Positions 1 through 8,634 of a DNA stretch of 40,283 bases are shown here, one piece after another (position 1 is the stretch's first letter; each line of letters begins with the position of its first letter). This DNA is from Planctomycetaceae bacterium (GTDB lineage: Bacteria > Planctomycetota > Planctomycetia > Pirellulales > Thermoguttaceae), in the NCBI GenBank assembly GCA_031287585.1, contig JAITST010000030.1, positions 1-40,283 of the forward strand. Direction: 5' to 3'. The notes below the pieces were generated by a model. That model was given only the letters and a program-made list of their open reading frames with translations, did not search any database and had not been told where the DNA came from. Both the position numbers and the translations under genes were made by a program.

Positions 1-1
1 A

Positions 2-706
2 ATTGCTGATGCCTACCTTAACACACTTACACATCTGGAATTTCAAAACGTGTTGGCTCGCGGCGGCGTTATCGCTGGTTCGTCTGCTGGTGCGTCGATT
101 CAAGGTTCGTTCTTGTGGCGCGGTGACACGAAAACTCCAGACATTTTAGTTGGCGACCACACACAAGGACTTGGCTTTTTGAAAAATTCCGTAATCGACC
201 AACACATATTAGCACGTAACCGTCAGTTCGACCTCATCGAGTTTGTCAAATCCGCTCCGCAACTTATCGGACTTGGCATCGACGAATCGACTGCGGTTAT
301 CGTTATCAAAGATGAGTTGGAAGTTCTCGGTAAATCCATTGTCGCGATTCATAGTTATCCAAGTACGCTTCCCAATCCAAACGATGGCAATACCAGTGCA
401 ACCGCGCCGGTTGCTGAACCGGTAAACACAAATCCTTCGGAACCCACAGCCGCTGGTGCGCCGCGAGTTCCGTTTGTTCGTTATTCTAACGGAAGTGCGG
501 ATGCGTATAAACCGTTTCTCGTACTTCGTTCCGGTCAGAAATACAACCTGAAAGAACGTAAAGTGATTCAGCCGGAACGACGTTTCCCCGAACGCGGCGG
601 TTTTACACCGAGCATAAATGAACCGAACAATAAGTTACCGGAAAATAAACCGGAAACCAATAATCCCGAAAATGTTCCGGCAACGGAAACACCGGTGTCT
701 GAATGA
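2..706 (+). CDS. cyanophycinase-like S51 family peptidase, C-terminal part (5' end lies outside the window)
   Basis: The frame is open from base 2, with no stop before the listed GTG at 50. GGVIAGSSAGASIQG resembles the nucleophile-serine loop of S51 cyanophycinase/dipeptidase E proteins. The tail is Pro/Asn/Glu-rich and low-complexity. Confidence 0.55.
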   Translation: MADAYLNTLTHLEFQNVLARGGVIAGSSAGASIQGSFLWRGDTKTPDILVGDHTQGLGFLKNSVIDQHILARNRQFDLIEFVKSAPQLIGLGIDESTAVIVIKDELEVLGKSIVAIHSYPSTLPNPNDGNTSATAPVAEPVNTNPSEPTAAGAPRVPFVRYSNGSADAYKPFLVLRSGQKYNLKERKVIQPERRFPERGGFTPSINEPNNKLPENKPETNNPENVPATETPVSE

Positions 707-796
707 CTTCATAACCTCAACAACTAACCACAACTAAATTATGAGACACAAACTTTTTTCCCACTTAACACACTCAACCAATATGAAAGGTTCATT

Positions 797-3406
797 ATGA
801 GACTTACTCAACCAAAACATTTTTTACTTCCGTTGCTGCTGTTAGCAACCACGATTACCTTCGGCACACCGGTTCAATCCGCGCCGGTGAGTTTGGATTA
901 CTACTTGCCGAAGAGTGCGGAATACGACAAAAACGTTCCGACACCGGAGTCCGTACTCGGATTTCAGGTGGGAGAATTTGGTGCGAGTTCCGAGCAAATT
1001 GTCAACTACATCAAGGCGGTGGATGCCGCGTCTGACCGTGTGAAGTTAGTTCAGTACGGCGCGTCGCACGAAAAAAGACCGCTTTACGTCGTGATAATCT
1101 CGTCACCTGAAAATCAAAAGAATCTCGACAAAGTCAAAGCGGAACATCTGAAACTCGCAGACCCAGCCGTTTCAGATTCGGTCGATACAAAGAATCTTCC
1201 GGTTTTTACGTGGCTTGGTCATTCCATTCACGGTAACGAAGCGAGCGGAGCGAATGCCGCGTTGCTCCTGATTTACCACCTTGCCGCAGCGAAAGACGAA
1301 GAAACGTTGAAGTGGCTGAACGAGTCGGTTGTCTTTGTTGACCCGTTGATTAATCCCGATGGTTATACACGTTTCATCAGTTGGATAAACTCCAACAAAA
1401 GTGTTGTCACCAACGACGACACACAGGAACGTGAACATTCAGAACCAAGACCGGGCGGTCGCGGTAATCATTATTGGGTTGACCTGAATCGTGATTGGTT
1501 GAACGTTCAACATCCAGAATCGCAAGGGCGAATCGCCGCGTTGATTGAATGGCGACCGAATGTTTATACCGACGCTCACGAACAAGGGACTAACGCGCAT
1601 TATCATTTTTCGCCCGGTATTCCGACACAGATTCACCCGTTGATTCCGCCGCAAGCACAGGAATTTATCAAGCGGCTTGCTCGCGATTTTTACGCACCGG
1701 CATTTGACGCGCGCGGAGTCCTTTATTTCTCTGGTGAAAATTTTGACGATTATTACCCCGGTCGTGGTCGTGAGTATCTTGATTTTCACGGCGGTATCGC
1801 CATCCTTTGGGAGCAGCCGAGTTCGCGTGGTTTTGCACAATCCACACCAAACGGAGTTCTCACGTTTGAATTTGCCATCCTAAACCAACTCACAGCAGGT
1901 CTCGCGACAGTGCGCGGCGGTCATGCGTTGCGTCAGGAACTTTTGGATTATCAGAGAAGTTATTTCAAACTTGCGATTAGTGAATCCGCAGACGATCCGG
2001 TCAAAGCATACGTCTTCGGTTCAACTACCGACAAATTCGCGTCGTATCGGCTCGCGGAACTTGTACGCCGGAACGGTATCGACGTTTACAAAATCAATGA
2101 AGATTTAACGGTTGACGGAAAAACATATTCTCCGAAAGGAAGTTACATCGTACCGCTCAGTCAAAAACAGCATCGGTTGATTCACGCGATTTTTGAAGTT
2201 CGCGAGAAATACGATTCGCGAAGTTCGTATGACATCACTGGCTGGACACTCCCGTTCGCGTTCAATCTGGATTACTCGATTCTCAATACGGAAACATATA
2301 AGCAATCGTTACTCGGCGAAAAATTCGAGTTAGGACAGTTCCCCAAAGGGCAACTCATCGGCGGGAAAAACGCTTACGGTTACGCTTTTGAATGGGGTGA
2401 ATACTACTCGCCGCGTGCGATTTATCGTTTGCTGGACAACGGTATCAATGTGAAAACAGTCGAAAGCCGCATTACTCACGACGGTAAAACGTTCGATAAA
2501 GGTGCGGTTGTTGTTCTAACGGGTAGTATGTATCAGAAAAAGTCCGCCGCCGAAATTGAGGCGGTCATCGAACAGATAATCAAAGAAGATGCCATTGACG
2601 TTTATTCTATCAAAACAGGATATACCGAAGGGCGGACACTTGGTGCTGGCGGCGTTCTCTCGAACGTGTCCGAAAAGCCGCGTATTGCGGTTCTGGACGG
2701 CAGCGGCGCGGGTGAGGTTTGGCATTTGTTCGACCAACATTACGGTATTCCGGTTTCCGTTCTCGCTTCCGATAGTTTCAGCCGGATAAATCTCGACAAG
2801 TATAACGTGTTGATTCTTCCCGGCGGCGGTATTGTTACCGAGACGGACATTGCGAAACTCAAAACGTGGGTTGAGTCCGGTAACACGTTGATTGGTTATG
2901 ATAGTTCATTACGAACACTCATTCAAGCGGGTTTGATTGACGCGGAAATTGGTGCGGGACGAGGTTCTTTTCTTGGCATTACGTTTCAAACGGAAGTTGA
3001 CTTAAACAGTCCATTGTTACTCGGTTACGCAAAGAAGAATTTGCCGGTATTCAAAGACGGAGGTTCGATTTTAGCAAAGCCGTCTAACAGATTGGACACG
3101 CCGATTTCATACACCAACACGCCGCTCTTGTCGGGAAACGTACAAGCACAAATGGTCGAATCGCTTGCCGGAACACCGGTCGTTGTTACTAAACGAGCAG
3201 GACGGGGACAAGTAATCGCGTTCGCGTTTGACCCGCAGTTTCGCACGGTTTGGTACGGTACGAACAAACTAACCGCCAACGCCGTTTTCTGGGGAAGTAA
3301 ACTTGGAGGCAACCGCGGCGGCTTCGGCGGCGGCAGACCACGCGGCGGTGACACGGCAATTCCTGTTCCCAATGCACCGGCTTCCGGTGCGAATGGTGAC
3401 GAATAA
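797..3406 (+). CDS. secreted M14-family zinc carboxypeptidase-like protein with large C-terminal extension
   Basis: 869 aa ORF with an N-terminal signal-like segment (LLPLLLLATTITFGTPVQSAP). HSIHGNEASGANAALLLIYHL matches the HxxE zinc-binding motif context of M14 peptidases. The C-terminal tail is Gly/Arg-rich. Confidence 0.75.
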   Translation: MRLTQPKHFLLPLLLLATTITFGTPVQSAPVSLDYYLPKSAEYDKNVPTPESVLGFQVGEFGASSEQIVNYIKAVDAASDRVKLVQYGASHEKRPLYVVIISSPENQKNLDKVKAEHLKLADPAVSDSVDTKNLPVFTWLGHSIHGNEASGANAALLLIYHLAAAKDEETLKWLNESVVFVDPLINPDGYTRFISWINSNKSVVTNDDTQEREHSEPRPGGRGNHYWVDLNRDWLNVQHPESQGRIAALIEWRPNVYTDAHEQGTNAHYHFSPGIPTQIHPLIPPQAQEFIKRLARDFYAPAFDARGVLYFSGENFDDYYPGRGREYLDFHGGIAILWEQPSSRGFAQSTPNGVLTFEFAILNQLTAGLATVRGGHALRQELLDYQRSYFKLAISESADDPVKAYVFGSTTDKFASYRLAELVRRNGIDVYKINEDLTVDGKTYSPKGSYIVPLSQKQHRLIHAIFEVREKYDSRSSYDITGWTLPFAFNLDYSILNTETYKQSLLGEKFELGQFPKGQLIGGKNAYGYAFEWGEYYSPRAIYRLLDNGINVKTVESRITHDGKTFDKGAVVVLTGSMYQKKSAAEIEAVIEQIIKEDAIDVYSIKTGYTEGRTLGAGGVLSNVSEKPRIAVLDGSGAGEVWHLFDQHYGIPVSVLASDSFSRINLDKYNVLILPGGGIVTETDIAKLKTWVESGNTLIGYDSSLRTLIQAGLIDAEIGAGRGSFLGITFQTEVDLNSPLLLGYAKKNLPVFKDGGSILAKPSNRLDTPISYTNTPLLSGNVQAQMVESLAGTPVVVTKRAGRGQVIAFAFDPQFRTVWYGTNKLTANAVFWGSKLGGNRGGFGGGRPRGGDTAIPVPNAPASGANGDE

Positions 3407-3433
3407 CCTTGACCAATTATACGACATCTCTTT

Positions 3434-3634
3434 GCCCCGTAAGGGGCTGAATCTTGATAACCCCGTGCGGTAGCACGGGGTAGGCATCCGCCAATACTGG
3501 AACCTCGTAAGAGGTTCAACCAAAACCACCGCTGATTATAACACTTTGTTCACCCCCTTACGGGGGTGGGTTTTGAAGGTGGTCTTACCCCGTGCTAGCG
3601 CACGGGGTTATCGAGATTTTACCCCTTACGGGGT
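3434..3634. repeat. cluster of six short GC-rich hairpins in the intergenic region
   Basis: Perfect stems read directly: gccccGTAAggggc (3434-3447), ccccgtgcGGTAgcacgggg (3461-3480), gaacctcGTAAgaggttc (3500-3517), cacccccTTACgggggtg (3551-3568), ccccgtgcTAGCgcacgggg (3588-3607), accccTTACggggt (3621-3634). Confidence 0.8.
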
Positions 3635-3660
3635 AGGGACTCGTAGCAACGTTTAATAAT

Positions 3661-3720
3661 CCATAACCAACATTTTGGGTTACGACTACATCACGGCACA
3701 AAAAATTTCAATCGTGACAG
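3661..3720. repeat. interspersed intergenic repeat family R3, copy A
   Basis: ccataaccaacattttgggttacgactacatcacggcacaaaaaatttcaatcgtgacag aligns at roughly 85-90 percent with 12928-12992. Its 3' part (ttcaatcgtg) recurs at 36844-36862. Confidence 0.75.
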
Positions 3721-3775
3721 GTATATTACTTTGTGCTTCTGTAAATTTGTGTAAAAAAATATTCAAAGGGCAACT

Positions 3776-4969
3776 ATGAAAAACAGCGGTAGTTTATTAA
3801 CACATTTAGAATGTGTAACGTGCGGGAAAAAATACTCCTATCAAGAACCGCGTACGGTTTGTGAAGACGAAAATTGCAAGGCGATTTTGTCGGCACAATA
3901 CAATTTTGCGGCATGCAAGTTGATGAAATCGGAATTGAAAAACCGTCCGGCAACGATGTGGCGTTACCGCGAGTTCTTGCCGGTACTGAATTTGGAAAAC
4001 ATCGTTACACTTGGCGAAGGTTTCACACCGATTCTCCCGCTCACCAATCTCGGCAAGCATACAAGCGGTCGTCAGGTCTTCTACAAAGACGAATCGCTAA
4101 ACCCGACGTGTTCGTTCAAAGCACGCGGTCTGAGTGCCGCTGTTTCAAAAGCGAAAGAACTTGGTGTTAGGGAGACGGTTATTCCAACCGCCGGAAATGC
4201 GGGCGGGGCGTTGGCTGCTTACTCCGCGAAAGCAGGGATAAAGGCACACGTTTTTATGCCGAAGTTGACACCAATCGCTTTCAAAGCGGAAGTTGAACTC
4301 TTCGGCGCGGAATTTCGTGAAATAGACGGAAACATCAGTGACTGCGGCAAACTCGCAAACGCCGAAGCGGTCAAACATAATTGGTTTGATGTTTCGACAT
4401 TGAAGGAACCGTATCGTTTGGAAGGAAAAAAAACGATGGGTTATGAAATCGCCGAGCAATTCGGTTGGGACGTTCCCGATGTAATTCTTTACCCGACAGG
4501 TGGCGGCACAGGAATCATCGGTATTTGGAAAGCATTCGACGAACTGGAAGAACTCGGCTGGATTGGCAAAAAACGTCCGCGAATGGTTGCCGTGCAGAGT
4601 GAAAATTGTAACGGGATTCATACCGCGTTTCAAAACAAAGAGTTGTCATCCGCATTCAAAGACAATGGTTTCACACTCGCAAACGGATTACGTGTTCCGA
4701 AACCTTACGCTGACAAAGTAATTCTGAAAGTGTTACGTGATAGCAACGGAAACTCTGTCAGTGTAAACGACGACGAAATTCTCGCGGCGTTACGTGAAAT
4801 CGCGTCAGGAGAAGGTTCGTTTTGGACACCGGAAGGTGCGGCGTTATGGCACGCGTTCAAGGTGTTGACACAATCTAACCGGATAACAGCCAACGAAAAA
4901 GTTTTGTTGCTAAATACCGGCAGCGGATACAAGTATCTCGAAAATTTACTACCGTACATCCGGCGGTAG
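3776..4969 (+). CDS. thrC: threonine synthase (PLP-dependent, with N-terminal Cys-rich zinc-ribbon-like segment)
   Basis: 397 aa. Has CVTCGKKY...CEDENC at the N-terminus, the PLP-lysine context NPTCSFKARG, GNAGGALAAY, YRLEGKKTMGYEI and a glycine loop PTGGGTGIIG, all typical of short-form ThrC. Confidence 0.85.
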   Translation: MKNSGSLLTHLECVTCGKKYSYQEPRTVCEDENCKAILSAQYNFAACKLMKSELKNRPATMWRYREFLPVLNLENIVTLGEGFTPILPLTNLGKHTSGRQVFYKDESLNPTCSFKARGLSAAVSKAKELGVRETVIPTAGNAGGALAAYSAKAGIKAHVFMPKLTPIAFKAEVELFGAEFREIDGNISDCGKLANAEAVKHNWFDVSTLKEPYRLEGKKTMGYEIAEQFGWDVPDVILYPTGGGTGIIGIWKAFDELEELGWIGKKRPRMVAVQSENCNGIHTAFQNKELSSAFKDNGFTLANGLRVPKPYADKVILKVLRDSNGNSVSVNDDEILAALREIASGEGSFWTPEGAALWHAFKVLTQSNRITANEKVLLLNTGSGYKYLENLLPYIRR

Positions 4970-5227
4970 TTCAGGCCACTGCATATTATCTTCGGGTTGT
5001 GCGGCTTGTTCGTTTGTTTCCGTCGGTTCTGGTTCAGGTGCTTGCAAGTCTTGTAACGTGAAAAACTGTTTCTCTTGTTCCTCGTCGGAGTCTTGCGGCG
5101 TTAAAATCGTATCAAGGAGTTCGTCACGACGCTGCAACACAAAATACACAAGCCCAGACAGCAACAGGAACACCGCCGCCAACAATACCAGAAACTTAAA
5201 AAACGCTACACTGAAAAAAAAGTACAT
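4949..5227 (-). CDS. hypothetical small membrane-anchored acidic protein
   Basis: 92 aa ORF with one N-terminal hydrophobic helix (FFFSVAFFKFLVLLAAVFLLLSGLVYFVL) and an acidic Pro/Glu tail. Its 3' end overlaps the thrC 3' end by 21 nt. No family recognised. Confidence 0.35.
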   Translation of the reverse strand: MYFFFSVAFFKFLVLLAAVFLLLSGLVYFVLQRRDELLDTILTPQDSDEEQEKQFFTLQDLQAPEPEPTETNEQAAQPEDNMQWPELPPDVR

Positions 5228-5336
5228 AGTGAACTGTTATACCGAACACGGTTAAAATTTTTAGAGACGTTATATGCCTGTAACGGTTGAAATCTACTCC
5301 CAACCGCGACAAGTATAAAAGCCAAAAACTAACTCC

Positions 5337-6353
<1,017 letters not shown>

Positions 6354-6462
6354 TTAACTAAACTTTTGCGAAAAGGATTTGGCGGAGTTTCTCACATCAT
6401 TGTCCAAAAACAATCCGCAACGAAAACATCTCGCAAACTACATCACCAGCTTTACAATGTCA

Positions 6463-6533
6463 TTTTTCACAGGTAGGTAAGGATAGAATACAGAAAACTA
6501 TGCTTTCCTACCCTTGACTATCTGTGAAAAAAA
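6463..6533. repeat. interspersed palindromic repeat family R1, copy a
   Basis: tttttcacaggtaggtaaggatagaata (28 bp) is the exact reverse complement of 21148-21175. The right arm cctacccttgactatctgtgaaaaa matches the reverse complement of 21106-21130 with one mismatch. Confidence 0.85.
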
Positions 6534-6577
6534 CGAAAAGACATATAACCTGCCCACCAATGAACTTATGGAAACTG
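6531..6577. repeat. interspersed repeat family R2, copy a
   Basis: aaacgaaaagacatataacctgcccaccaatgaacttatggaaac aligns with aaacgaaagacatacaacctgcctaccaatgcctttgtggaac at 29172-29214. Confidence 0.75.
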
Positions 6578-6598
6578 TTAATTTTGGGAAAGTGCCGG

Positions 6599-8335
6599 TT
6601 ATTGAAACACTATTTTAATTTCGTTCCAATAACCTGCTTCGCAACTCCAGCCGTTAGGTTGATTGAGTAATTCGAGTTTGACCGTTTTTCCGGCGTACTC
6701 CGAAAGATCGACGGAAACGTCTGTCCAGCCGCCGATAATTTGGCGTTTCAATAATTCCTTGCCGTCCGCTTTGACAATCAATTCCCAATCGAATTGGGCT
6801 TTGGCGGCATCGTGAGCGGCAACGACGAGTTTCAGCGTCGGCTTTTTGTCCTTCGGCAATTCAACGGTTTTCGACAAAATACACGGTTCGCCCTTTGCCT
6901 TCGGATGGGTCATCACAACGTCTTTTTTACCGTGATATTGTTTCCGATAACCGGGGTCCATATCGGGACCGCAATCGGTCAGTTTCCAACCGGGGAAGAA
7001 TTTTTCAACGGCTTCGTCGAGTGAATACTCCCGCTTTTCGATTAATTTGTACTCAGCATCGGTGAATTTAGTGTTTTGCGGCAGATCGGGCTTCCAAGCC
7101 GGTTTGTACGGTTTCGGCGAAGTTTGCACTATCGTAATTCTTGGTCGTCCAAAAATGTTACCGCGAACCGTTGCCATGTGTCCCGATGAATTTTGTCTGG
7201 GAATCCAAAAGACCTCTTCGCCATTGCGTTTGACGATTTTTCCGCCGGATTGGAGAACCGCTTGCCGCGCCAGTTTTTCGCAAACGTCAAGCAAGGCGGG
7301 AAAGTTGTATTCCGTGTAACTGAACTTCGTTTTTTCGTCGAGTTTCTCACTGAATCGCGGCGGAAGTTTCGAAAAACCAAGCGTGGTGAACAAAACACCG
7401 CCCGCATTGGACGGATTACAATCGGAATCCTGACCGCATCGGGTCGAAAGAACAATCGTTTGGTCGAGGCCGCCTTTTCCGTACAGTAAGCCGACGAGAA
7501 TGTACGCTCCGTTGATTTTAGCATCAATGTTAAACTTGCCTGTATCACAGGACACACGGCGGTAATCCAGATTTTTCTGATATTTTTCGTCGATTTTATG
7601 CCAACACGTTGTCCAGTCACTTGGGTTTTCGTCGTACCATTTCATAACATCCCGAACCATTTCGGCATACTGCGAATCCGGCGGAATACAATCCAAACCG
7701 GCGGCGATAATTTTTTTAATGTCGGTTTCAAAAAATGCTTCGGCGTACATTCCGCCGACGAATTGTCCGGCATAAATTCCGTCGCCGTAATTCATTAACC
7801 CGCCGAATTTTTCGCCGAGTTCAACAACAACCTTCGGCAAACCGGGAGCGATGAGACCGGAATAATCCGCTTCGATTTGATAATCAATATCGTCAGCGTG
7901 TTTGTTGAATGCCGGATGCCCGCTGTCGGGCGGAGCAATTCCCCGCCGAAGATTTTTGCGTCCGGCATCGTTAGCGTGCCAAAGTTGATAGCCGCTGTTG
8001 GCAAAGTCGATACCTGCTTGCCGTTGTGAAACGTCCAGACCATATTGTTCCATACTGCGCAGAAATGTCATTTCGACGTAAAGGTCGTCCTGACCGAAGG
8101 CGTGATTTATCATTTCCGGTGTCCATTTCGGCATCTTGTCTTCGGGAATGATCGTTCCGTTGAATTTGAACTCAGTTGGAGCTCCCCAACAGACACCGGC
8201 AATTTGTCCGATCCAACCAGCTTTCATTTTGTCGCGGTAATCCTTCACGGAAATCTCGCGGAATTCCTGTGCAATAATTGGAGCCGCCGAAACAATCAGC
8301 AACAGAGCTAAAGTAGTCGATACGAGTTTTTTCAT
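6599..8335 (-). CDS. secreted ADP-ribosylglycohydrolase family protein with extra C-terminal beta-rich domain
   Basis: Start chosen at MKKLVSTTLALLLIVSAAPIIAQ (signal peptide, ATG at 8335). The N-terminal AGWIGQIAGVCWGAPTEF and the late RCGQDSDCNPSNAGGVLF motifs are typical of the DraG/ARH fold. About 170 aa of C-terminal domain remain unassigned. Confidence 0.75.
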   Translation of the reverse strand: MKKLVSTTLALLLIVSAAPIIAQEFREISVKDYRDKMKAGWIGQIAGVCWGAPTEFKFNGTIIPEDKMPKWTPEMINHAFGQDDLYVEMTFLRSMEQYGLDVSQRQAGIDFANSGYQLWHANDAGRKNLRRGIAPPDSGHPAFNKHADDIDYQIEADYSGLIAPGLPKVVVELGEKFGGLMNYGDGIYAGQFVGGMYAEAFFETDIKKIIAAGLDCIPPDSQYAEMVRDVMKWYDENPSDWTTCWHKIDEKYQKNLDYRRVSCDTGKFNIDAKINGAYILVGLLYGKGGLDQTIVLSTRCGQDSDCNPSNAGGVLFTTLGFSKLPPRFSEKLDEKTKFSYTEYNFPALLDVCEKLARQAVLQSGGKIVKRNGEEVFWIPRQNSSGHMATVRGNIFGRPRITIVQTSPKPYKPAWKPDLPQNTKFTDAEYKLIEKREYSLDEAVEKFFPGWKLTDCGPDMDPGYRKQYHGKKDVVMTHPKAKGEPCILSKTVELPKDKKPTLKLVVAAHDAAKAQFDWELIVKADGKELLKRQIIGGWTDVSVDLSEYAGKTVKLELLNQPNGWSCEAGYWNEIKIVFQ

Positions 8336-8634
8336 AAGATATTCCTTTTGTGAGGGGTGAAATGTTTTGAAAACAGCAACCACACTATCACAAATCGTAA
8401 AAATAGCAATACCCTGCGGCACGTCGGAAACAAGTTCATTTCGGTAAATTGATTGCGGTGATGCGTAAACTTTTTATTTTCCGCCTACACACAAAAATTT
8501 TTCACGTTTCCCTTGCGGCATATTGTCAAATTATAATTGTGTGGTAGAATTTAGCGGTCTATTGTTATGTGACGAATGCAAGACGTGTCATTCGTTCAGG
8601 ATATGGTAACCAAAATTAGATACACAACTATTAT

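Noticed and set aside
3025-3529. 164-aa and shorter minus-strand ORFs spanning the end of the M14 gene and the hairpin cluster
   Set aside because: They are antisense to the peptidase gene and run through GC-rich hairpin repeats. The Pro/Gly/Arg-rich translation is typical of non-coding GC-rich sequence.
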